In this document: in pieces, positions 51,184 through 61,382 of the stretch
How the letters are laid out: each line of letters begins with the position of its first letter
Position numbering within the stretch: the first letter of the stretch is position 1
DNA from: Alphaproteobacteria bacterium
Lineage (GTDB): Bacteria > Pseudomonadota > Alphaproteobacteria > SP197
Assembly: GCA_964291265.2 (NCBI GenBank)
Contig: OZ219747.1
Span: 2,080,001-2,144,000, forward strand
Reading direction: 5' to 3'
Length of the DNA: 64,000 bases
Position numbers and translations under genes: made by a program
Notes under the pieces: generated by a model
Told to the model about the DNA's origin: nothing
What the model saw: only the letters and a program-made list of their open reading frames with translations
Database searches by the model: none

Positions 51184-54100
51184 TCACATGGAGAACCCGC
51201 GGCTCCGGGATCGCGACTGCTCCTGCCTTTGCTCCTCGCGCCGCCGTTCCATCCGCACGCTGTCATCGGGTGGACCATAAGCCTTCCTGATCTCCTCGAA
51301 GGCGGCCATGGCCTCGGCCATGTCACGAGCCGTCGCGCTGCCGTCGGCAAGCACCTCGCCGTAGGCTCCTTCACGCCCGAGAACCCGGCGAGCGTTCCAG
51401 GTCCAGCTCTGGGTCGCATCGTGCCAGTACTTGTATGCTGCGCTCTGGTGGAGAGCGAGACCCTCCTTCCCGGCTTCCGTGGCAAGCGACCGAGCGCGCC
51501 GATGAAAGTGATCGATCTTGCCTGCAAGGCGCCTGACCTCGGCTTTCACCTCATTGCGCCTGTCCTCGTCGTAAGTCTCCTGCCACAGCATCCGGCAGCG
51601 GGGATCGTCCGCCTCGAGTCTGCGGTAGAGCGCCGTCATTTCGGGGATGATGTCCTTCCAGGCCGGCGTCTGTGTGGGATGGACGCCCCGGCGGTCAGCC
51701 TCCTCGGCGTTGTCGTGGAGACGCAACAGCAGCCAGCCCGGAAGGGTGTCGCGTTTGTTTCTCTTCGCGATCATGCGCTCGACGCGGGAGACGAGAGCCC
51801 GGGCGCCCTCGGTCCCGTCGAGGTGGTGTGCGAGGGCGGGACTCTTCAACTCCCCGATCACCGGCGCCAGCGTCTCCGCCTCCTTCCGCCAGCGTTTCCA
51901 TCTCCTGTTCCAGCGTCGATTGAGCGGCCTGTCGCGTGATCCCTCCCGCTCCAGCAGTACCCTGCGGTCGCGGTCGAGGGCGCTCACGGACGCCAGGAGC
52001 GTTTCCACCCGTTCCCGCTCCCGGGCATGGGTGTCGGCCTCCTTGAGAGCCCGGGCGAGCGCCTGGGGAAGCACGGCGTCCTGGGGAGCCTGATCCTTCA
52101 GGCGTCGGATGGCTGCCAGGATCCGGCCGGCATCAGGGTGACCGAAGGCATCGCCGCCGGTCCGCCCCGCGTCATCGGCATGGTGGCGCCAGGTCTCGAC
52201 GAGGGCGTTGGCCTCGGTGTCGAAGGCGACGAGAGCCTCGAGGCGTTCTGCATCCCGCCATGTCGTCGCGCCCGTCGCGCCCGCCGCACCGGCTTTCCAG
52301 TCCGCGATCGCCGATCGGGTCTCCCGGCGCCATGTCTTCCATGCCGCCAGCGACGCGAGCGCCTGGCCCTCGGATGCGTACTGCAGTCGCTGACGCTCCT
52401 GCAGCGCCCGGGCAATTGCCTGTGCCGCCAGGACAGGATCGGGCGCCGGGGGTGGTGGAGTCGCGATCGATGGTGAGGATACCTCAGCGGGTGGCGGCGC
52501 CGGTCTGACGGGCCGCGGCGCCGGCGTTGCCGGCTGACGCGTTGGCGGAGTTGCCGGTGGACCGGGAGCCGGTGCCGGTTCTCGCGTCATCGTCGGCGTC
52601 CGCTCTGGCGCAGGCTTCCGTGCGGAAGGCGGGGAGGCCGCCGGTGCCGGACGCGGAGCGGGCGCCGTCGTCGCCGGCTGGCGCGTTGGCGGATCTACCG
52701 TTGGACCGGGCGCCGGTGCCGGTCCTCGCGTCATCGTCGGCGCCCGTTCCGGTGCAGGCTTCCGTGCGGGAGGCGGGGAGGCCGCCGGTGCCGGACGCGG
52801 AGCGGGCGCCGGCGTTGCCGGCTTGCGCGTTGGCGGAGTTGCCGGTGGAGCGGGCGCCGGCGCCGGTCCTCGCGTCATCTTCGGCGCCCGTTCTGGCGCA
52901 GGCTTCCGTGCGGCAGGCGGGGAGGCCGCCGGTGCCGGACGCGGAGCGGGCGCCGGCGTTGTCGGCTGGCGCGTTGGCGGAGTTGCCGATGGACCGGGCG
53001 CCGGCGCCGGTCCTCGCGTCATCGTCGGCGCCCGTTCTGGCGCAGACTTCCGTGCGGAAGGCGGGGAGGCCGCCGGTGCCGGACGCGGAGCGGGCGCCGT
53101 CGTCGCCGGCTGCGCCTTCTTCACACCCGTCACCGGCCCAGGTTGCGCCTCCTGCTTCTTCCGTTCCGCGCGCCATGCGTCACGGCGTTCCATGAAGTCA
53201 GCAAGGACCCGGGGTAGGGGTTCTCCATCGAGGATTCTCAAAGTCATGTTGTTGATGCAGTCCATCGCCAGAAGAGAGACATCAAGTCCGGCCTGGGGAT
53301 CGCGCGCGGCTGCCCTGGCCTCGGCCTCGTGCGCTTCCAGGCGGGCGACGAGGTCAACTGCACCATCATCCAGGTCGAAGGCCCGGCCAAGCCGAGCTGC
53401 GTCACGATCAGCCACGTCGCTCAGCGCACCATCGCGCCGCTGCCAGGCATCGACTGCGGCTTCGGCTCGCTTCCGCCAGCTGGCATAGGCGGCAAGCGAG
53501 GAAATCAGACGGCCCTCGGCCTCGGCAACCAGCGCCCGGCGTTCCTCGATCGCGGCAGCAAGACCTTCGACGACATCGTCACCTGATATGTGGTCGCCTG
53601 CAGGGGTCTCTGCCGGCGCCTCGGCGGCATCGTGATCCGTGGCGGGCATCTGCGGGGCCTCTCCGGATTGCGGCCTCTCCGCATGCGCCACGGCAAGCAA
53701 CTCCTCCTCGCTGAACAGAAGATCCAAGGCATCGGTGCCCGTTGTCGTCTCGTAACGGCGGACAAGGTCGTCCAGATCCCAGGGCAGTCTGGCGTAAGGC
53801 GGCGCTTCGCTGCCAACCAGGACCACATGCTGCACCAGTTCTCTGGCATCCGGGCTCAGGAGAGAATCCTCGTCGGGTTCTCCTTCCTTCGCGACATGAC
53901 GCCGGAGCTTCTCCACGAGTTCCAGAACATCGTTGTCGAAGGCAAGCAGGCCTTGCAGGGTCTCTGCTGTCTCCGTCCAGTCGATACGGCCTGCCACCTC
54001 GCCACCGATGTCGAGAGCGGCCGTCGTTCTCTCCTTCCATGCCGCATACCCGTCCATGCCGGAAAGGGGTGCGCCGTCAGCCGCGTCCTCGAGGCGAAGG

Positions 54101-56982
54101 CGTTCCTCGAGACACCGGTCGAGGTGGGGTTCAAGGGCGCGAAGCTCCTCCAGTCCCTTGGTCCGTCCGCGGACATCCTGCAGAGCGTCGTCGGAGAGAA
54201 CGGGCTTGGGGAGAACGTCGACCCGTGTTTCCCCTTCTTCCCGGAATTGTCCGCCGATCGCCTCGAGAGCGGAGAGTTCATCTCCCGTCGCCGTCTCGAG
54301 AGCCTCCACCAGAGCATCCCGGTCGTCGGTCAGCAGCACCGCGTTGTCGCGGGCCCGCGTCAGTTCGACGTAGAACGCCGCCTGGCCCGTGATGGCGCCC
54401 TGGTTCGCATCGAGGACAGCGATCACCTGATCGCAGGTCATCCCCTGGGCCGCATGAACCGTCGAGGTCCATGCATGATCGATGAAGTGCAGATGGGGGT
54501 CATCATGAGCCAGGGTCAGTGTGCGGCCGTCGGCGGCCTGAAGCCACAGGCTGCTCTTGCCGATCGAGAGGACCCGCGCCTCCTCGCCGTTGAGAAGACC
54601 GCGTTCCTTGTCGTTGCGGGTCCAGCGGATCCTCTCCCCGGCCTGGAGTTCGATTGGTTCCGTCTCGAAGAGATCGACCCGGTAGCGCAGGTACTTCGAC
54701 GGATCGGCCCGGCGGGTCTTCCCGTCCGGATGCCTGAGCAGGACCTTCTCTCCTTGCGATCCGATGACGCCGAAGATGTCGCCCGACTTCGCCTGGACAC
54801 CGTAGACATCCGCATGGAAGACGGCGATGTCGCCCTCGCGCCAGTTGTCGAGATCCCCTTTCTGGGCCCGGGTGAGGTGGAGATTGACGTAGCGCTCGAT
54901 CTCGAGTGTGCGCCCGTGGAGGTTCCCCTCGGCCTTGAGGCCATCGCGGATGCCCTGCGTGATCTCCCGGCGCCGGGCATGGGTCGGGGCCAGGACCTTC
55001 GTGGCCTTACGCGATTCCCGGTCGAGATCAAGCCACAGGGCCGCGGCCCGTGGTCCGAGTTCGTCCGCGTCCATCTCCAGGACGCCGGGGCCGAGTTCCT
55101 CGATGGCGAGATCCGGCTTGCCCTCGATCATGTGGAGCACCGCGGCCTTCAGGCTCTCGTTGCGCTGCCGCAGGACCTCGTCCATCACCGCCGTCTCCAT
55201 GCCGGCCTTCTGCAGCACCCGGAACGGCTGACCGGCCTCGACCGAGCGCAGCTGCGCCCGATCGCCCACCAGGGCAACCCGGGCGATGCCCGTCGCCTCG
55301 GCGATGCGGCTGAGACCGTGCATCTGCGCCATGCTGATGAGCGACGCCTCGTCCACCACGAGAAGGGTTCCTTCCAGGGCCTCGCGAGCTCGTGCCAGGG
55401 ATTGGATGTCGGCGCAGCCGTCGCCGACATCCCGGTAGCGGGTGAGGAACCACTGCAGCGTCTTCGTGCCGATCCCGGTCTCCCGCTGCAGCGTGCGGGC
55501 CGCACTGCTCGAGGGCGCCAGGGCGACGATCCTGTCGGCCCCGGCCAGTTCGACGACCTGCTTCAACATGGTCGTTTTCCCGGTGCCCGCATGCCCCTGA
55601 ACACCGCAGACATGACGGGAGGACAGCAGCAGGGTGTTGACGGCGGCCTTCTGGCCGTCGTTGAGCGCACCGGCCGCAAGGTGGCGCTCGATGTGGTCGG
55701 CATCGATGGCGAACCGCTCGGGGGCATCACTCTCCTGCTTCATCCAGCGAAGCACCGCGCGTTCGGCCTTCACGGCCCGGTCCGTGACGAAGGCGCAGTC
55801 GGAACGTGCCGCCGTCGCCTCGATGAGGTGACCTTCCCGTCGCAGCCGGCCGATCGCCGCATCGACCTCCTTGAGGGTCCAACGGCCCGGCGCCAGGACG
55901 AGGGCCCGCAGCATGTCGGCCGTGAAGACCGTGCGCCGCTCCTCGATGTGCTCGACCGCCCGGCGGACGGCGTGGAGCGCCGAGGGAGACTGCCGGTTGG
56001 CAACTCCCCGGCGCGCAAGGTGCCAGCGCTCGCGGTCGAGGCGTGTGTGGGATGCCGGGCGGTTGCGGGAGATGTGGCGGTTGCGGGGAGCGCACTCCGC
56101 CATGCGGGCCTTCCAGATGTTGGCGAGTTCCTCGCGCGACGGCTCGTCCTTGCGCTTGCGGGTATAGAGAACCGCCTGTTGCATCACGGCGGCCGACTGC
56201 TCGTCCAGGTTACGCTCCCGGGCCCACGCCACGGCCTGCGCCCGGCGGGTCGAGAAGGCCTCCAGCGTCGCCTTGTCGTAGCCGGCAATCTCGAAACCGG
56301 GCACGCTACCCACCATGGTCTGTTCGGTGGCGTAGCCCAGGGCCTCGATGCGCCGCCTCAACTCCGCCCGGTAGTGAGCGCCGATCAGCAGCTTCGCGCG
56401 CTCGATCCTGATGAAGTCGGCGCTGCGCCACTCGCCATCCGGGTTCCGGGTCATGTTGGCGACAACGCTATGGGTATGAAGCTGCGGGTCGAGGTTGCGG
56501 CTGGCGTAATGGCGGAAGGTCGCCGCCACAAGGCCGTCGGCCTTGATGCGCGGGCGCTTGCGGGTGGCGGGGTCCCATCCCCGGGTCTCCAGCAGCTCCC
56601 TCTCGATGAAGTCAAGTGTCGCGGTCACTGCCTCGTCATGCGCTCGGATGATCCGGGCTGCCGCCTTCGGCGCCGCGTGCACCAGGGCCTCCAGAGAGAC
56701 CGACTTCGGAGCCGAGAAGGTGATGTCGAGGCCCGGACGGTGCTCGTGCCGACCCTTGCGCAGGCGGCCCAGCCGGGTCTTCGTGCCAGGAATGCGCCCG
56801 GAGAGGACTTCCTCGAAGCGCTTCGGCTTGACGGGACCGTGAAGGCCCAGGGCCTCCACGCCCCTGCCATGCCAACGGCTCGCCTTGCGGTGCTCGAGGT
56901 CGTTCTTCGCGTAATATCCATCCACCTCGAAGTAATGGACCGTCGAGGCAGCTTCAGTGAGGCGGGTAACCGTGGCAACCAT
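51184..56982 (-). CDS. MOBF (TrwC/TraI-type) relaxase-helicase with a long C-terminal extension
   Basis: YF...GYY, DITFSAPKSVS, HYASRNLDPQLHTH (HUH); GHAGTGKTT, VDEAS, TVHAAQGMT; tail RSRSRGFSM. Confidence 0.95.
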   Translation of the reverse strand: MVATVTRLTEAASTVHYFEVDGYYAKNDLEHRKASRWHGRGVEALGLHGPVKPKRFEEVLSGRIPGTKTRLGRLRKGRHEHRPGLDITFSAPKSVSLEALVHAAPKAAARIIRAHDEAVTATLDFIERELLETRGWDPATRKRPRIKADGLVAATFRHYASRNLDPQLHTHSVVANMTRNPDGEWRSADFIRIERAKLLIGAHYRAELRRRIEALGYATEQTMVGSVPGFEIAGYDKATLEAFSTRRAQAVAWARERNLDEQSAAVMQQAVLYTRKRKDEPSREELANIWKARMAECAPRNRHISRNRPASHTRLDRERWHLARRGVANRQSPSALHAVRRAVEHIEERRTVFTADMLRALVLAPGRWTLKEVDAAIGRLRREGHLIEATAARSDCAFVTDRAVKAERAVLRWMKQESDAPERFAIDADHIERHLAAGALNDGQKAAVNTLLLSSRHVCGVQGHAGTGKTTMLKQVVELAGADRIVALAPSSSAARTLQRETGIGTKTLQWFLTRYRDVGDGCADIQSLARAREALEGTLLVVDEASLISMAQMHGLSRIAEATGIARVALVGDRAQLRSVEAGQPFRVLQKAGMETAVMDEVLRQRNESLKAAVLHMIEGKPDLAIEELGPGVLEMDADELGPRAAALWLDLDRESRKATKVLAPTHARRREITQGIRDGLKAEGNLHGRTLEIERYVNLHLTRAQKGDLDNWREGDIAVFHADVYGVQAKSGDIFGVIGSQGEKVLLRHPDGKTRRADPSKYLRYRVDLFETEPIELQAGERIRWTRNDKERGLLNGEEARVLSIGKSSLWLQAADGRTLTLAHDDPHLHFIDHAWTSTVHAAQGMTCDQVIAVLDANQGAITGQAAFYVELTRARDNAVLLTDDRDALVEALETATGDELSALEAIGGQFREEGETRVDVLPKPVLSDDALQDVRGRTKGLEELRALEPHLDRCLEERLRLEDAADGAPLSGMDGYAAWKERTTAALDIGGEVAGRIDWTETAETLQGLLAFDNDVLELVEKLRRHVAKEGEPDEDSLLSPDARELVQHVVLVGSEAPPYARLPWDLDDLVRRYETTTGTDALDLLFSEEELLAVAHAERPQSGEAPQMPATDHDAAEAPAETPAGDHISGDDVVEGLAAAIEERRALVAEAEGRLISSLAAYASWRKRAEAAVDAWQRRDGALSDVADRDAARLGRAFDLDDGAVDLVARLEAHEAEARAAARDPQAGLDVSLLAMDCINNMTLRILDGEPLPRVLADFMERRDAWRAERKKQEAQPGPVTGVKKAQPATTAPAPRPAPAASPPSARKSAPERAPTMTRGPAPAPGPSATPPTRQPTTPAPAPRPAPAASPPAARKPAPERAPKMTRGPAPAPAPPATPPTRKPATPAPAPRPAPAASPPPARKPAPERAPTMTRGPAPAPGPTVDPPTRQPATTAPAPRPAPAASPPSARKPAPERTPTMTREPAPAPGPPATPPTRQPATPAPRPVRPAPPPAEVSSPSIATPPPPAPDPVLAAQAIARALQERQRLQYASEGQALASLAAWKTWRRETRSAIADWKAGAAGATGATTWRDAERLEALVAFDTEANALVETWRHHADDAGRTGGDAFGHPDAGRILAAIRRLKDQAPQDAVLPQALARALKEADTHARERERVETLLASVSALDRDRRVLLEREGSRDRPLNRRWNRRWKRWRKEAETLAPVIGELKSPALAHHLDGTEGARALVSRVERMIAKRNKRDTLPGWLLLRLHDNAEEADRRGVHPTQTPAWKDIIPEMTALYRRLEADDPRCRMLWQETYDEDRRNEVKAEVRRLAGKIDHFHRRARSLATEAGKEGLALHQSAAYKYWHDATQSWTWNARRVLGREGAYGEVLADGSATARDMAEAMAAFEEIRKAYGPPDDSVRMERRREEQRQEQSRSRSRGFSM
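52510..53112 (-). repeat. 144-bp tandem repeat, about 4.2 copies, encoding a 48-aa Pro/Ala-rich unit in the relaxase
   Basis: gcgcgttggcgga recurs at 52681, 52825 and 52969. Confidence 0.92.
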
Positions 56983-57181
56983 GCAAGCTTATCCCCGAGC
57001 GATCGCAATAGAATTGCACAAGGCGTTCACCACACCGCTAGTTGCGACACTGACACCATATGAGTAGACTAATCTAACGAACTGAGCAAGTGGACTAAGC
57101 TTCCTGGCACTCCACGAAATGCAACGTTTTGCAACGCAGAAGTATAGACAAAGACACATTCCACAGTGGGGCGAGATCGCA

Positions 57182-58105
57182 ATGTCAGTGGAAATTCATT
57201 TTGGTGACTGTCTGGCTGTAACACCTGACTTCGAAACGGGATCGTTCAGCCTTGTATACATAGACCCTCCCTTCAACACGGGCCGAAAGCAAAAACGCAG
57301 ACAACTGAAGACGGTGCGAGACAACAACGGTGATAGAACGGGATTTCAAGGAAAGCGATACACAACACGCTGTCTTGGTGAATCATCATTTCACGACTCA
57401 TTCGATGACTACATGGGATTTCTGAAACCGCGCTTGATAGAGGCGAAACGCCTCTTGTCATCGACAGGCTCATTCTTCTTGCACATTGATTACCGGGAGT
57501 CTCATTATTGCAAGGTGTTCTTGGACACCGTTTTCGGACGCGAGTCGTTCATCAACGAGATCGTGTGGGCTTATGATTACGGTGCCAGATCGAAACGCCG
57601 ATGGTCTGCAAAACATGATACGATTTTGTGGTATGCTGTGAACCCGAAGGAGTACACCTATAGATATGAGGACATTGACCGCATCCCATATATGGCCCCA
57701 AATTTGGTAACGCCGGAGAAGGCCGCTCGCGGCAAGACGCCCACGGATGTTTGGTGGCAAACCATAGTCAGTCCAAATGGCAAAGAGAAAACGGGGTATT
57801 CAACACAAAAGCCCATTGCCATTCTGAATCGAATTATAAAGGTGCATAGTAACCCAGGAGACCGTGTTCTTGATTTCTTCGCGGGAAGTGGAACGACCGG
57901 TGAGGCGGCAGTTCGTAATGGTAGAAACGTGGTGTTGGTTGACAACAGTACAGAGGCGATTCGTGTTATGCGCCGGCGACTTGCGTTTGCAGAGCCGATC
58001 ATTCAGGGAGAAATGAAGGATGACGACAATTCAAGACCCGGAGGTCGGAATTCTAGCGACCTACTCGAAAGTACTGCAGTCGGACTACAAGGCCCCGGAC
58101 GATGA
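57182..58105 (+). CDS. N4/N6 DNA methyltransferase (beta class)
   Basis: GDCL, VYIDPPF, STQKP, VLDFFAGSGTT. Confidence 0.92.
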   Translation: MSVEIHFGDCLAVTPDFETGSFSLVYIDPPFNTGRKQKRRQLKTVRDNNGDRTGFQGKRYTTRCLGESSFHDSFDDYMGFLKPRLIEAKRLLSSTGSFFLHIDYRESHYCKVFLDTVFGRESFINEIVWAYDYGARSKRRWSAKHDTILWYAVNPKEYTYRYEDIDRIPYMAPNLVTPEKAARGKTPTDVWWQTIVSPNGKEKTGYSTQKPIAILNRIIKVHSNPGDRVLDFFAGSGTTGEAAVRNGRNVVLVDNSTEAIRVMRRRLAFAEPIIQGEMKDDDNSRPGGRNSSDLLESTAVGLQGPGR

Positions 58106-58586
58106 CCTATGGAACGGAAGCCCCTTCAACTGGATTCGATCCAGACCATCGAGACAGAAAGGTGCAATTGGTGAGAAGTTGATTGCTGGCTATCTAGCTT
58201 GTAAGGGGCTCGATGTCACTCGTTCGCCTGATGCTGAGGCAGATCGAATCATTGGCGGGAAACGAGCTGAAATAAAGATGAGCACTCTTTGGAAAAACGG
58301 TTCATACAAGTTTCAACAACTGCGCGATCAGAATTATGAGTTCGCGATTTGCCTGGGTATCAGTCCTTATGACGCTCATTGTTGGGTCATACCAAAGACA
58401 GAAATTACTAGCAAGCGGCATTCTATGGCGATCCCGTCTCAGCACGGCGGAAGAGTGGGAAGCGATACGGCATGGCTAACTGTCGATCCCCACGCAGTGC
58501 CCGACTGGTTGACAAAATGGGGCGGACGACTGTCAGATGCCGTGAGATTGATTACCAAGATTACCGAGCAAGAGCCGCTGAAGTGA
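58020..58586 (+). CDS. Putative type II restriction endonuclease, PD-(D/E)xK
   Basis: KGAIGEK...ADRII...AEIK; overlaps the MTase by 86 bp; same lower GC. Confidence 0.7.
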   Translation: MTTIQDPEVGILATYSKVLQSDYKAPDDDLWNGSPFNWIRSRPSRQKGAIGEKLIAGYLACKGLDVTRSPDAEADRIIGGKRAEIKMSTLWKNGSYKFQQLRDQNYEFAICLGISPYDAHCWVIPKTEITSKRHSMAIPSQHGGRVGSDTAWLTVDPHAVPDWLTKWGGRLSDAVRLITKITEQEPLK

Positions 58587-58662
58587 ACAAGCGGGTGCGC
58601 CAGGCTAAGGAGTCACGCCAAAATAGGTGATTTTTTTGTGTGGATCGGTTGTCCATGGTGTC

Positions 58663-59308
58663 ATGGCAGCGACGGTTGATACGCTGCGATCCAGATTTGT
58701 GGTGTTGCGTCCGTTTCTGAACGAACGTGCGCGGCGCCTGTGGGCGGCGACGGAGGCCCGTGCCATCGGGCGCTCAAGGTATTGAGCGAGTGGCCGAGGC
58801 GACGGGGATGTCGCGTAGCACCGTTCGCGCCGGGCTGAAGGAGCTCGGATCGGACGCGGTCTCGGGGTCTTCGAGTGAGATTCCTTCAGGGCGTTTGCGT
58901 CGCCCCGGCGGCGGGCGCAAGCGGGTGACGGATGTGGATCCGGGTTTGGTGGCGGCGCTGGAGCGCGAGCTTGAACCGATGACGCGCGGCGATTCGGAGA
59001 GTCCGCTGCGCTGGACGTGTCACAGTGCCGCACGGCTGGCGGCCCGCCTTGCGGTCGAGGGTCACCGCGTCAGCGAGCGCACGGTGAACCGGCTACTCCA
59101 CGATCTGGGGTACAGCCTTCAGGCCAATCGCAAGACGCTGGAAGGCCGCCAGCATCCGGATCGGGATGCGCAGTTCCGACGCATTGACCGCCGGGTGCGC
59201 GCGTTCCAGAGGCTGGGCCAGCCTGTGGTGTCGGTCGACACCAAGAAGAAGGAAATCGTTGGCCAGTACCGCAATGGCGGCCGGGAATGGCGCCTCAAGG
59301 GCAACCCT
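58663..59308 (+). pseudogene. ISAzo13-family transposase, frameshifted and 3'-truncated
   Basis: LNERARRLWAA, RRPGGGRK, SPLRWT, YSLQANRK, HPDRDAQF, SVDTKKKE. Confidence 0.88.
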
Positions 59309-59673
59309 GGTGTGGCATGGGCGGGCTGGAGCGGTAGGGAGGGTGTCATAACGAGCCAAAAATGGAACATGCGATATTAGATGCATTTATCGCCACATGT
59401 CAAGTGGAATCCGCGCTGAAACAGGCAGAAACACAGGAAAACCATGGATTTCCTGATCGGTGCGATATGCCCCTCAAAAGAGCAGGTCAGGATGTCTGAA
59501 GCTTGCTCCTCCGATGGCAGGTGGGATTACTCTACTTGGCCATGAGGCCTATTGTCTACATGTGGTGATTTCCCGGGGGTTTCCCAGGCAGATTCCAGGA
59601 AAATCGTGCCGTTGACACCGTTTCGTCAAGTCCTTACCATATTGGCCCGGAACGGAACATCAGAGGACGAGAG

Positions 59674-60165
59674 ATGAGATGTCTTGCACTCGCGGTCGTG
59701 GCGATGGTCGCGGCTCCGGCGGTTGCCGAAGAGGTGAGCGATCGAGCTCGTTTCAACCTATGGAACGATTGCGGAGTTGTAGATCTGGTAGTCGAGACAC
59801 CGTATGGTGACGCTGAAGCGATTGGTCTTCGCAAAGCGGACATTGAAACAACAGTGCGGAGCCGTCTGCGCGGCGCTCGCATTTATAATAGTGGAACCGA
59901 AGACACAGACATGTATCTTTATGTGCACATCAGCGTGGTCAGTTCCGCCTTTAGCCTCACTGTAGAACTTAAGAGGTTGGTTGCCCTGCCCCATTGGTCG
60001 ATCCCGGAAGGGGTGGCCCCGCTCATAGGTTACGCCTCAACGTGGATTGCAGGCAGCACCGGAATGCATGGCGGTGATCCGAATTTCCTCCTATCGGGTG
60101 CGGCTCAATACACAGACAAGTTCATCGATGAATATCTGCGCGTGAATGCCGCTGCGTGCCAGTAG
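59674..60165 (+). CDS. Hypothetical exported protein
   Basis: Signal peptide (MRCLALAVVAMVAAPAVA); no family recognised. Confidence 0.65.
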   Translation: MRCLALAVVAMVAAPAVAEEVSDRARFNLWNDCGVVDLVVETPYGDAEAIGLRKADIETTVRSRLRGARIYNSGTEDTDMYLYVHISVVSSAFSLTVELKRLVALPHWSIPEGVAPLIGYASTWIAGSTGMHGGDPNFLLSGAAQYTDKFIDEYLRVNAAACQ

Positions 60166-60242
60166 TCATGTCGTTTTGCTCGAAAGTCGAAGTGGAACAC
60201 TATCCCCGGTCCATGTGTCTTGACGGGCCCGAAGTTATCCCG

Positions 60243-61382
60243 TCAAGCGGTGGATGACATCCCGAGCAACCCTGAAATCAGCCCGCCAACCCGCTCGGCG
60301 GCGGCTTCGGTTTCACGATCGCCCGTGTGGGCGTAGCGCAGGGTCATGGTCGTCTGCGCGTGACCGAGGAGCCTTGCGACGACGGGAAGCGGCGCTCCCT
60401 GCATGACGGCATGGCTGGCGAATGTATGGCGCAGATCATGGAGCCTGACATCCTCGATGCCGGCCTCCCTGCGGACGACGTACCACAGTGGGAGGTCGTC
60501 GTTGAGCGGCCGTCCGGGATCGCGGGGGGACGGGAAGACGAATGCGCTGTCGCTGGGAAGACGGCGCTCGATGATGGCCCGGGCCGGAGCATTCAGGACG
60601 ACCGTGCGCGGGCCGACCTTACTGTTCTGGAGTCGGAGATTGTTGCCGAGCACCTCCCGCTTCTGCAGGCGGACGATCTCGTTCTTGCGGCACCCGGTGA
60701 GCATGAGAAGCCGGATGATGTCGATCTGCATTCGCCGTGATCGACTGATCCCCTGGAGATTGTCGTGGCGGTCCAGCACGCCATGCAGCCGATGAAGTTC
60801 CTCGCGCGAGAGGAAGCGGGTGAGTTTCCTGCGCGGGTTGGGTTTCACCGACCTTGCCGGGTTCGCTGTGATGTGGCCGCAGGCCATGGCGTGATTGAGG
60901 ATGTGTCGAAGGACCTTCAGGCAGGAATTGGCGCCGCCGGGCGCCGTTCTGCTGTAGTCGTCGAACCAGCGGTGCACCATGGCGGGCGTGATCCGGTCCA
61001 GGCATCGGGAACCGAATGTCGGCAGCAGGCGGGCTTGAAGGCACCTGTCGCGCCACTGGATCGTCCCGGGCTTGCACCGATGGATCCAGGAGTCGCGCCA
61101 TGCGCCGACAGCAAAGTCCCTGAACAACGGGGCCGAAGCCCTGTCGTCGTGACCGGCTGCCAGTCTTTCGAGGCTCTCCTTGCGGGCCACTTTGACCGTC
61201 TTGAAGGCGACCGGACCAAGCGATGTCCTTCTTCCGCCGTCGATGTGAACGAAGCCGCGGCCTCCCGACGGGTGGACCCGAACCCCGAGAGAGGGAACGA
61301 AGGTATCGCGAAGCGTGTACTCCCGGGATCGCGGCTTGAGGTTGTGCACGAGGGTATCCGTCAGCTTCTTCCTGCGGTTCAT
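60243..61382 (-). CDS. Tyrosine integrase (pair member B)
   Basis: TGCRKNEI, LHDLRH, LLGHAQTTMTLRY. Confidence 0.93.
   Translation of the reverse strand: MNRRKKLTDTLVHNLKPRSREYTLRDTFVPSLGVRVHPSGGRGFVHIDGGRRTSLGPVAFKTVKVARKESLERLAAGHDDRASAPLFRDFAVGAWRDSWIHRCKPGTIQWRDRCLQARLLPTFGSRCLDRITPAMVHRWFDDYSRTAPGGANSCLKVLRHILNHAMACGHITANPARSVKPNPRRKLTRFLSREELHRLHGVLDRHDNLQGISRSRRMQIDIIRLLMLTGCRKNEIVRLQKREVLGNNLRLQNSKVGPRTVVLNAPARAIIERRLPSDSAFVFPSPRDPGRPLNDDLPLWYVVRREAGIEDVRLHDLRHTFASHAVMQGAPLPVVARLLGHAQTTMTLRYAHTGDRETEAAAERVGGLISGLLGMSSTA

Noticed and set aside
53590-57063. 1157-aa plus-strand ORF, and similar long ORFs at 38925-41171, 9810-11453 and 3921-5129
   Set aside because: Antisense shadows of well-supported genes in high-GC DNA; no motifs.
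59310-59630. AT-richer stretch after the ISAzo13 truncation, possibly another IS end or an ncRNA
   Set aside because: No matching inverted repeat, duplication or recognisable structure found by eye.
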